In this document: piece after piece, positions 50,592 through 60,996 of the stretch | How the letters are laid out: every line of letters starts with the position of its first letter | How positions within the stretch are numbered: position 1 is the first letter of the stretch | Assembly (NCBI RefSeq): GCF_036321535.1 | Contig: NC_087447.1 | Location: 40,240,001 to 40,304,000 of the forward strand | Direction: 5' to 3' | DNA: 64,000 bases | DNA from: Camelus dromedarius | Taxonomy: Eukaryota | Program-made: the position numbers and the translations under genes | The notes under the pieces: model-generated | What the model was told of the DNA's origin: nothing | Database searches by the model: none | What the model saw: the letters and a program-made list of their open reading frames with translations, nothing else

Positions 50592-51134
50592 TGTAAAAAG
50601 CCTTCTGAAGTGGTCCTTGATGATCCTTACCTCCTCAGACTCATACGCTTGTGTGATCCGCTCCCCTGAGAGTGGGCTGGACCTAGTGACTCACCTCTAT
50701 GAATAGAACAGGGAGCAAAATGATGGAATGTCACTTCCAAGACCAGGTTACAAAAAGACTGTGGCTTCTGTGTGGGCACCCTCTCCCTGTCTCTCCCTCT
50801 CCAGGCAGCCAGCTGCCATGTTGCAAGTTGCCCTGTGGTGAGATCCATGTGGCAAGGAGGTGATATCCCCAACCAACAGCCAGCGAGGACTTGAAGGCTG
50901 CCAACAGCCACATGAGTGAGCTCAGAAATGCTTTCTTTCCCCATCAGGCCTTGAGATGACGGCTGTCCCACTGACATCTTGATTGCAGCCTTGGGAGTGA
51001 TCCTGAGACAAAGGCACCCAAAGAAGTGCTCCCTGATGCCTGATCCACAGAAACTCTGAGATAATAAATATGTGTTGTGTTAAGCTGTTATGTTTTGGGG
51101 ATACATTTTTATGCAGCAATAGATAACCAGTACA
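50592..51134 (+). mobile_element. MLT1F-like solo LTR
   Basis: 'gagtgggctggacctagtgactcac...acagaaactctgagataataaat...gcagcaatagataaccagtaca' with TSD GACAT (50587-91 / 51135-39). Confidence 0.9.
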
Positions 51135-51569
51135 GACATATGTGACAAAACATTACTGGTGGCTTATCTCAGGTAGTAGGATTGTGCCTCATCTGTATTT
51201 TCTCCCTTTTGCTCATCTACAACTTCTAAATTTTTTAAATCACCATGGACTATATTCAAAATGAAAAAACAAATAAAAATCATTTTCAAATGTTCAAAAA
51301 AACTTCTAGAGGAAAACATGGGAGAATATCTTCGTGCCCTTATGTTAGGCAAAGATTTCTTAGACAAGTCACCAAAAAAGGTGATCCAAAAACAATAAAT
51401 TGGACCTTACTAAAATTAACACTTTTGCTCTTCAACAAACATGTTTAACAAACATCATTTAAAAATATGAAAGACAAGCCCCAGATTGGGAGAAAAGATT
51501 TATAAATCATATAGCTGATAAAGGACTTGTTTCCAGAATATATAAAGACCAACAATAGGAAGACAAACA

Positions 51570-51764
51570 GGAGGGGAGGGTATAGCTCAGTGGTAGGTTG
51601 TGTGCTTAGCATGCATGAGGCCCTGGGTTCAAACCCCAGTACCTCCATTCAAATAAATAAATAAACCTGATTACCACCCCCCTCTAAAAATGTAAAGAAT
51701 GAAGGAGGTTGGTGACAGGGGAAAAGAGGAAAAATGTAAAATAATAAATAAAACTTTTAGAAAA
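51570..51764 (+). mobile_element. vic-1-like SINE with extended 3' segment, nested in L1
   Basis: 'ggggagggtatagctcagtggtagg...cttagcatgcatgaggccctgggttcaaaccccagtacctcca'. TSD gaagacaaaca (51559-69 / 51765-75). Confidence 0.92.
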
Positions 51765-52026
51765 GAAGACAAACAACCCAATTTAAAAATGAGCAAAAAA
51801 TTTGAATAGATGTTTCTCCAAAGAAGAGACACAAATGGCTAATATGCACATGAAAAGATGTTTAACATCTTTAGTCATTAAGAAAATGTGGATTCAAACC
51901 ACAAAGATATTAACGCATAGCTATTAGAAAGGCTATAATCAAAATGACAAGTGTTGGTGAGAATGTGAAAAAAAAATAACCTTTATACTTTGCTAGTGAG
52001 AAGGTAAAATGGTGTAGCCATTTTGG

Positions 52027-52101
52027 TTTTCTTTACTTTGTTTATTTCATTTTATTTTTATTGAAGTATAGTTGATGGACAAATTATATAAGTTACAGGT
52101 A
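52027..52101 (-). mobile_element. Very short L1 3' end nested in the older L1
   Basis: T-rich tail plus 'ttattgaagtatagttgat...ataagttacaggt'. TSD gtgtagccattttgg (52012-26) / gtgtggccactttgg (52102-16). Confidence 0.7.
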
Positions 52102-53224
52102 GTGTGGCCACTTTGGAAAACAGTTTGGTGGTTTCTTAAAAAATTAAATATAAACTTACCATAGGGCCCACTCCTAGGTTTCTACCCAAGAAACATTGGT
52201 AAAAATATGTCCACACAGAGACTTATAGGTAAATGTTCACAGCAGTATTATTCTTAATAGGCAAAAACTGGAAAATATCCATATTTCCATCCGTAGCTGC
52301 ATGGATAAACAAAATATGGTATATCCATATAATGAGATACCACTCAGCATAAAAAGGAACAAAGTCCTAATTCATGCTACAACATCACTGGATCACAAAA
52401 GCAGTAGGTTAAATGAAAGCAGCCAGGCAGAAAGAGCACATATCGCATGATTCTGTTTATATGAAATGTACAGCAAAGGCAAATCTCTTTATAGAAAAAA
52501 TGAATCAAATCAGTGTTTGTCTAGGGCTAGAGTGGGAGTGAGTTTGAGAGTAAATGAACATGACGAAATGCTTTCAGGTGACAAACATATTCTGAAATTG
52601 GATTGTGGAGGTGACTGCATGACTATAAATTTATTAAAAATCATTGAATTATACACAATGGGTGCATATTATGATATGTAAATTATACCTCAATAAAGCC
52701 ATAAAGCCTGTTATGTTCATAACCTTGAACCCAGTAATTTCATGCCAAGGGAATAATCAGAAATGTACACAAAGTCTTATGTCAAGTATGCTCATAACAG
52801 TGTTTTTTTTAAGTTAATGAAAAACTAGAAAAAAAAAACCTGAGTGCTTAGTAACAGATAAATGATTAGTAAGTGATGATTCACTTGATAGAATAGTATG
52901 CAGCCATTAAAAATAGTATTTACAAAGAATGTTTAACAACCTGGGGAAATGCTTAGGATAGAGTACAAAAATTGTTCTTATGGCCAGATTTCTCCAAAAG
53001 GAAAATGTATAAATGTGTATATTTAAAAACACAGCTGAATTTGTTCTGTGAATGTATATGTCTATAAATGCAGCATAACCAGATGCATACATGGGCAAAG
53101 TTTTGTTTTCCTTCTGGGCATTTATAAAAAAGAAACTTCTGGTGCCTATAAGTCATTTCTGTTTTCTTCTTTGTCCTTTATTATCTTTTCTGTTTTTTTT
53201 TTCTTTTTTCAAAAAGCATGTATT

Positions 53225-53363
53225 CACTGAAAAGAAAATATATATATATGTATGTATATGTATAACTGAATTGCTTTGCTGTATGCTTGAAATTAACATT
53301 GTAAATCAACTACATTTCAACAAAAAAATTAAATTTAAAAAAGCTATCAAATTTAAAACTGAA
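53225..53363 (+). mobile_element. Short cetartiodactyl-type L1 3' end
   Basis: 'gtataactgaattgctttgctgtatgcttgaaattaacattgtaaatcaactacatttcaa'. Perfect TSD aaaaagcatgtatt (53211-24 / 53364-77). Confidence 0.85.
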
Positions 53364-54134
53364 AAAAAGCATGTATTTATTTTAAAATCTAGAGAAAAAA
53401 ATTGTTTAAAGAAAAGAAAGCAACAAGCCGCTCCTTGCCTGATGAGAGAAGAGGCTGAGGTTTCTTGAGTGAGGGGTACACCCTGGCCTCAGTGAAAGTG
53501 TTCTCAAGTCAAGCCCTGCCCTGTTCTTGCATCTCTAATAAGTGGATGAGTCCAAGCGAGGTTGAATGGGACTCAGACAGCTGTTTCCAGGTGTGCTCAC
53601 TGCCATTTATACCTGCAGCTGCTGATAAGCCCTCTATATCATTTCACAGCGTGGCCGGGATATTGGGTGATGCTCCTGACTCTGAGGGGCATAGGAATAC
53701 TGCTGCAGAGCCAGCCACCCACTCTGGGCAGGATGAGGGAGATGGGTACTAGGGACCCACTGACAACCAACAAAAAAACCCCTCAGTGTGGACATCTCCC
53801 ACTGCCTCACTGCCCCCATCACAATGTCTGACACCAAACACCTTCTTCATCCCCAGGGAAAGGGTCAAGGCAGCCCCTCAACTGGCAGAGAATAATTTCC
53901 CTTGTTTGGTGAAACATGTCTTAAAATAAAACTTATTTCAGGCAATGGAAATGAGTTAACAGACTAAAATTTGTACCTGCTACAGCCATACACCATACAC
54001 AGTGTTACAGTCAAGTTTGACAAATCTACATTTATATACATTGATACTGACATCCCTCAACTCCTTGTCACGTGCCACACTCAGGCTATAATCAGTCAGC
54101 TGGGGCACCGGATCTAGCAGTTGCAGGGACAGAG

Positions 54135-54335
54135 CATGCACTCCAGAACAAGGCTGCCAGGCTTTGCCCCCTAATGGCTGTGTGTCCTTGAGCAAATTAC
54201 TTAACCTCCCTGGGCCTCCATGTCTTTATCTGTAAAACGCAATAACAGTCTTAATATCTTCCCTGTACCATTGCTGTGAGAATGAATTAAACCTGGCCCA
54301 CAGTTACGTGTTTTTATGCGTTAGCCATTGTTGTT
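54135..54335 (+). mobile_element. MIR SINE
   Basis: 'ggctgtgtgtccttgagcaaattacttaacctccctgggcctcc...atctgtaaaac'. Confidence 0.8.
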
Positions 54336-54557
54336 ACTCTTTGTGCATTTAACCAGAGATTGTATTTGGTACTTACTATTTTATAAAAACCAGTGGAAAA
54401 TAGAAATGTAGAAATGTTAATACTGGTGATCATTAAACCGTGACAAAGATGGGAAATTTTCATTCTCAAATGAGTACCTCCTGGATTTGTTTGTCACACG
54501 TAGGTTCAACTGTTAAAGAAAAGAACAGATAAAAGAAAACCATAGAAAATCTAGAAA

Positions 54558-54985
54558 TGTAGCGGAACAGACTCTATCGGTGCCCCACCACATCCGCTCC
54601 ACGTTTACCGCTTCTGTGCACTCCAGCCTGGCTTCCCACCCCAGCCGCCGGGACTCTGCCTCAGTGCTTTCTCTGGGACTCCCCCTCGGGAGTAGTCACA
54701 GCCAATGACTGATGGGAAGTGGTGGATAAATACCCCAGCTTCCCAACCCCTCAAGAGAGGAGTGTTCTGCACAGTTTACCAAGGCCCCTGGGGAAGGTAA
54801 GCTCCAGTTACCCACTGTGGTTACTTGCTGGAAAAATCACCCTTTCTCAGCTTTCTGTCCTTCCCTCTCTCATTTCCCTACCCCTCTGTACCCATTAGCA
54901 TCTCCTCGGGTCATTTCTCAAATAAACTACCTGCATTCAACTTTTTGTCTCAGGTGTTACTTTTGGGGAAACTCAACCAAGATAC
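54558..54985 (+). mobile_element. LTR16-like (ERVL) solo LTR
   Basis: 'tgtagcgga...cagccaatgactgatgggaagtggtggataaataccccagct...aaataaactacctgcattcaa...ttttggggaaactcaaccaagataca'. Confidence 0.8.
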
Positions 54986-55810
54986 ATTATTAAAGATCGT
55001 GCCTACAAGGTTAGGCACATGTGGTGATTTAATAACGTTTTTAACCTGGGGAGCAGTGGGGACTATAAACATCTCTCATCGCTTTAAAAGCTATTGTTTT
55101 GAAAAATAAGCAGGTGTCCAAGTTTCAAACGCTTGACATTTAGATGGATTTCTGGGAACACTCACTGTGTATGAAAGCAGAGGGCTGCTGTGATCAGTCA
55201 CTCCTTCTCTTGATGGACATTTGTTTTATTTTCAGCTATTACTGGAACAAACAATGCTTCCACTAACATCCTTCTGGCAAAATCTGTGCACATACCCTTG
55301 ATTTTCTCTTAAGCGCAAATTTCCTAGAGTGGGACCCTGGGTCAAAGGTGCTGTGTTGCCAAATTGCTCTCCAGTTATTCTCCACCACTTCCCTAGGTCT
55401 GGTTTCATAAGTGTTTTCTCAACTCAATTCTCTGCTCGCTGTGGCCGAGCAGAAACTGCTTTTGGCCCCGGCTGAGGATTCTGACGGGCAGGTAGGCTGC
55501 AGGCTGCAGGCAATGAGCTCTTATACAGTGGAGAACAGGCAGGGCCACAGGTCTGGGTCCAGCCCCAGGGTTAAGAGACTGAGTTGAGTAAGAGTCAGGG
55601 TCCAGGTCAAGGCTGACCCTGGGAGCAGGGCTGTAGCTACTGGAGAGCTGAAACTTTACCCAGGGACACGGAGGGTGAGTCCTCGCCGCATGGGTGGTGG
55701 CAGCAAAGTCTGTGTCCCCGGGAGCCAGAGCAGGACCTGACTGGCTCATATGGCAGCTTTGTGCAAAGGAGGAAAAGATGTCTCTTCTTCAGGGTAAAAA
55801 CAAAAGACTG

Positions 55811-56152
55811 GGAGGGGCTGCAAGATGGCAGAATAGAAGAGTGCAGATCTCAGCCTCTCCTACAAATACATCAAAAATACATCTACATGCGGAACGATTC
55901 TCACAGAAGACCTACTGAACTCTGGTGGAAGAACTTGCACAAGTGGAACTACAGGGAAAATCATCACAAAATGGGAAAAATAGCAAAATCCTACTGTATA
56001 GCACATATAAAACTATATTCAATACCTTGTAAATAGCCTATAACAAAAAAGAATTTGAAAAGGAATATATTTATACATTTATCTACGTGTAACTGAGTCA
56101 CTATGCTGTGCACAAGAAATGAACAACATTGTAAATCGACCATACATCAATT
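55811..56152 (+). mobile_element. Bipartite L1-derived element (L1 5' end fused to L1 3' end)
   Basis: Starts ggaggggctgCAAGATGGC (YY1 motif), then 'acaaatacatcaaaaatacatctacatgcggaac...acctactgaac', then directly the 3' UTR 'tcctactgtatagcac...aactgagtcactatgctgtgcac...acattgtaaatcgac'. Candidate TSD matches 13/16. Confidence 0.75.
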
Positions 56153-57450
56153 TAAAAAGAAAAGGTTGAGTTAGTGTATTACTGCATAACCTGAATGGCT
56201 CTGCATGGTGGGCAGCATCCCTGACTCCATGTGCACCCACACCAGGGGGGCACACATGTATGTGGCTGGCAGCACACACACTCTGAATGCCTGTCTCCCC
56301 ACCCCCAGTTTCAAAGGCTCAGGGGCCTGGGAATCAGGCATTAAAGGGCATCAGGTGGCAAGACTGCAAAGGGCAGCTGCAGTGTAGGGGGGACAGGATG
56401 CACATGTGTGTGCAGAGAGTGTGCACAGGCCCGAGTGCCACTGTGAATTCAGGGCAAATGTGGCTCTCCCCTGCTACATGTCTGGAGACCCAGAGTCTCT
56501 ATGCATCAGTGTGCTCTCAAATTAGGGTGTGTGTCTACCACGTGGATGATGCCCCTTAGATGTGGTGCCCTTGAGCAGTGCACAGCATGAAATCCTGAAC
56601 ATGGGCCACAAGGCACCATCCATTCTAGGTCTGTGAGCTGTACCCCACCTGGTGGTGGGTGGGCTCCTCAGGAGCTTCTGGCCTGGCTCCGCCTAAGCTC
56701 AGGGATGCAGCAGAGACTTCAGATCTGAGTAGGGAGGGGCTGAGGAAGTAGAATCCAACTCAGGCCTCAGCCATCTCCCAAGGTAGTTCTCCGCGCTCAG
56801 GCTACCAATTAAAGGCCTTGAAGATGAAAGAGGAAGGCTTCGGTAAGCAGCCAGGCAAGACGAAAGCCAAGCCTAAGTAGTGTTTTATGGCCTCCTAGTG
56901 GGAGGATTCATGTGCTCCTTATTATGCTCAATCAAGAGCTTGTGATTACAGAAACGGGGGAGAGTCTAACCAAGGCAGCCACCTGGCCCTGGCTTTCACT
57001 CCTGACTCACTTTGACAAACCACACGTTCTCATCTCCCCACCACCGGGCATCTTAGGAGCACACTGATTGCTCCAGGCTTCTGGCAGCAGGCCCCACCCA
57101 CCCTGGACAGACACTACACCCAAGCCCCCTCCCCAGCCCAGGAGCCTGAGCCTCCGCTGCGTGGCAGACCAGCGCCTAGAGGTGCTGGGGGCAGAGCAGC
57201 CCGGCCCTTCCTTCAGCCGGGCGCTCGTGGAGGGGCAGGAGGAAGGGCGGCGCCCCTGGCTGGGGGTTGGCAGACTGACAAGCCCCATCCAGCCCGCCCT
57301 GCCCCCTGCTCCCTCGACCCCAGCTGTGCTCAGCAGGCTGGCTCACCACCCCATGGACAGGAGCAGAAATGCCCATCCCACACTACAGGTATTTATTTCC
57401 TTATTGTCTGTCTCCCCCTATAAGAATGCAAGCCCCATGATGAAGGGCTT

Positions 57451-57905
57451 GTGTTAGTCATCCTCCTGCTACTGTGACAAACTCCCACCAACCTGGTGAC
57501 TTAAGATTTACTATCCTACAGCTCTAGAGGCCAGACACCTCACTGGGCAAAGCTCAAGGGCAGAGCTTCATTCTTTTCTGGAGCCTCCAGGGGAGAATTG
57601 GTTTCCTTTCCTTTCCCGGCTTTTAGACGTGGCCCACACTTGTTGGCCGGTGGCTCTTTTAATCGCTTCCCTCTGACCTCTGCTTCATCACGTGTCCTCT
57701 CTGCCTCTGCCTCTCCTGACTCCCTCTTCCACTTTCAGGGACCCTCGTGGTTATGCTGGGCCCCCCGAGTGATCCAAGTTGGTCTCCCTATCTTCTGGTC
57801 AGCTGATCAGCAACCTTAACTCCCCCTTTCCATGTAACATAACACGTTGACCAGTACTGGGGTTTAGGATGTGGACGCCTTTGGGGGGGCCCTCATTCTA
57901 CCTAG
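57451..57905 (-). mobile_element. MLT1 (C/D-like) LTR inserted in an L2 3' end
   Basis: 'tgttagtcatcctcctgctactgtgacaaactcccaccaacctggtgacttaa...ggtttaggatgtggac...cattctacct'. L2 sequence lies on both sides (57385-57450 and 57905-57985). Confidence 0.75.
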
Positions 57906-57999
57906 GGTATATTGTCTCTTGTTCACTGCTGTATTCTCAGTGCCTGAACAGCGTCTGACAGTTGTTGAATGAATAAGCAAATGAACAAATTATTAAGAA

Positions 58000-58220
58000 C
58001 AATATTTAATAACATAGGAAACAGTAATTGTGCTTAGTAAGTGCCAGGCACTGTTCGAAGTGCTTTACGTACACTTATACGAACTCACCTAATCCCCAGC
58101 AGTTCGGTGAGGTACCCTTGACGATTGCCTCCGTTCTACAGAGGAGGAAATTAAGGCACAGATGAGTTGCCCGCCCCGGGCTACACAGCCAGTTAGTGGT
58201 GAAGCTGAGATGTGACCTCA
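58000..58220 (-). mobile_element. MIR SINE
   Basis: 'gtgccaggcactgttcgaagtgctttac...ctacagaggaggaaattaaggcacaga'. Confidence 0.8.
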
Positions 58221-59297
58221 GATTTATTAAGCACTTACTTGGTTGCTGGCCCTGGCTGTGCTTGTTCCATTTCTGATGTCATTTCATCCTCATGAGAGGC
58301 CACAAGGAAGGTGGGCAGAATGTGAACCCTGGTCTTAGCGGACCAGAACTAAGTCACTGGTTCAGCTGGGGGAGTTGGAGGGGTCCTTCGGCTCAGTTGA
58401 GGCAATAGATTGCATGTTGCTTCCCGGGTCTCCTTACGTTCTAATCAGACCCGGACATGGTGCTCAAGTTCCCATCATGATGCGGGGCTCCTGCCTTGGA
58501 CCCTCCTCTCTAGTCCTGCTTCTATTCTGTGCAATTAGTACCCAGACCAGTAGCAGGCATGCAGCAGACCATGAACTTCACCTGCAACTGGGGCTGGCAG
58601 CTCTGCCTCCTAGAAGCCTGTCCTTCTCCAACGACAGGAGCCTGCTTCCAACCACACCCAGAGTGAAGGTTGCATTGCCCATTTCCTTGATGACAACTCT
58701 GGGGACCCCCATAGCTGGGCCCCATCCATGTTTTGCACATGCTGGAGCTGCTTGCTCTCTGCATGCTAGCCCCTGTCACTGGCCTCTGTGACGGGCTCCC
58801 CTACCAGAGCCTTCTTCCCAGCTGCCCTGATTTTCCCTGCCAGCCTGCTCTTCAAGGCCAGGAGCTCTCAGGCGGGCGGGAAGACTCCAAGGACTGCCTC
58901 CGCTTCCCTGGCTCTGCAGGGAGAGGGCCACTCGAGCAGGGAGGCGGCCCTGCCCCCAACTCACTTGCATCTTAACCTTTGTAATCAAAGCCAAGAAGAG
59001 TGAAACTCACTTGTGCCTGCCAACATAGTGGGGCATCGCATCTTCTGTTCCTGCAAGCACATTTTTCTAGGTCAATGTCAGATCAGGGAAATCCAATGCC
59101 GCATGTCCCAACTTTCTATTTGCAAACAGAGAAGAGGCTTTCCAAAACAAATAGTGTTTACAAGCAAAGCCTGGAGACGTTTCTATCAGAGACACACTCA
59201 GTACCCCAGCAGGACAGATGCTTCCTGCCTTGGCTGCTGTAAATCCAACAGCAGCCCCAGCTCCAGCCTTAGAAGGATAGGCTGCGTTGAGGGAGAA

Positions 59298-59473
59298 AAT
59301 GTGTATATACACTTATGTGTTGATGTGTGCCTGTACAGATGTGCATATGCATGTTTCCTTAATGATCTTTGGGTGTGTTTAGCATGTGGATGTGAATTAG
59401 GGGTTATGCCTATGTACTTGTGTATATGTGTATGTGTATGTATACAGGCATGTGCACATGCGTGTGCATGTGT
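59298..59473. repeat. Degenerate (TG/TA)n low-complexity tract
   Basis: Runs such as 'tgtgtatatgtgtatgtgtatgtatacaggcatgtgcacatgcgtgtgcatgtgt'. Confidence 0.8.
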
Positions 59474-60494
59474 TTCTGCCTGATGATTTTGCACCCAGCC
59501 CTGCTCCTCAGACATCCAGTCCTCTCTGTAGACAATTTCCTCTTCTTACTGCTACAGTCCAGCCCTCATCCTGTTCTTTTTCTCATCTGAGTGAGGAGCT
59601 AAGGCTCAGGGTCTGATATGCTGTAAATGCGTTTCCTCCATCCTGTTTCTTCTCAATGTCCACCCGCTGCCTGCTCCCAGTTAGATGTGGACATTCTGTC
59701 CAGGGCAGCTGAGTGCCATTTCTGCTTGCCGCGTTGGGATCCAGCAGTCTGAGTTCCCAGCATGTTAACACCTCTTGGTAAATGGCACTTCGTACTGTCC
59801 TAGGAAGGCCTCTGGTGTCACATCTCACAGACAGTCACCCTGACATCAGGATGTCCCTCACAGACTCTCTTCCTGGCGCCACCAGCACAGTCTTCCCCCG
59901 AGCACTGCCGATTTCTCAGCTCACAGCCCCACCTGCCTGGGAAGCACCGGTTTCATCCACTCAAGCAACTCAGCCTGGCTTCCAAGAGCAGAGTGATTTT
60001 CTTAGCAAACCCTCCTGGTGCCTCCAGGAAAATCTCGGGGCTGGGGGGTGCTCCCTTGTGGTGCATTAGCTCAGGCCCCTCCATGAGCCCTTCAGTCTGG
60101 TCCTCGGCCACACCTTTCTCCACTGCCGCTTCTCTGCCATCAGCCCACACCCCAGCTGCCTTCCAGACCAGCTCCACTCCCGCCCCGCCCCGAGGAGGCC
60201 TGCTCCCAGACACCTCCCGCCCTGTGGTGCCTTTCCCACCGGCCCCGCCTCACTGAGTGACAGCTGCCCGTGTGTTGCCCAAGGATTGTTTTCAGGTTGC
60301 CTCACAGCACTTATCTCGCCCTCCCACCTAGATTGCAATCTCCTGCTAGAGTCAAGGCCTCCGCTCCCTGTGAATAAACCATGGAACGCGACACAGGTCT
60401 GGACACGGTACAGACCCGTCTTACCACTGTGGCTCGTGGGTGAGTGGATACAAGTAGACGAGGCTGGGGTGGGGGGCGGTCAGGCCATAAAACT

Positions 60495-60670
60495 GCGTGC
60501 CAGGCATGGCGTCTGGTGACTCATCGGCCCTGCCTCATTTAACCCTCCCGATAACCATGGGAGCAGGGTAACATTATCCCCATCTCAGAGATGAGAAAAC
60601 AGAGGCTGAGAGAGGCCACACAAATAGCAAATGGCAAAGTCAGGACTAGTCCTAAGTCCATCTGACTCCA
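60495..60670 (-). mobile_element. MIR SINE
   Basis: 'cattatccccatctcagagatgagaaaacagaggctgagagagg'. Confidence 0.75.
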
Positions 60671-60784
60671 CTTCCCTGTTACCTTGAGATGACCACAGCA
60701 GTGGTAGGCAGAGTTCTAGAGTCCAGAGCTTCCTGAAATTTTAAAGCACACCCTACCAGAAAAGGTTAGAGCCAGCACTAGATT

Positions 60785-60996
60785 AGCACTATCCAATAAA
60801 ACTTTCTGCAATGATGAAATGTTCTTTTCTATCCTGTCCCATAGGGTAGCCCCCAACCACGTATGGCCAGTGAGGACCTGAAATGTGGCTAGTGTGAACT
60901 GTCTAGGGAACTGGATTTTAAATTTTATTTAATTTTAATTAACTGAAATTTAAATAGTCACCTGTGGCTAGCGGCTCCATGTTGGGCAGTATAGCT
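60785..60996. mobile_element. MER3-like hAT-Charlie MITE
   Basis: 'tccaataaaactttctgcaatgatgaaatgttct...tgaaatgtggctagtgtg...aaatagtcacctgtggctagcggct'. Confidence 0.85.

Larger units (their letters stand above)
51298..52700 (+). mobile_element. Old L1 (L1MB/L1MC-like) ORF2 end and 3' UTR, with nested insertions
   Basis: 'aaaacttctagaggaaaacatgggagaatatctt...ttctccaaagaagagacacaaatggctaat...tgtaaattatacctcaataaagc'. Confidence 0.88.
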
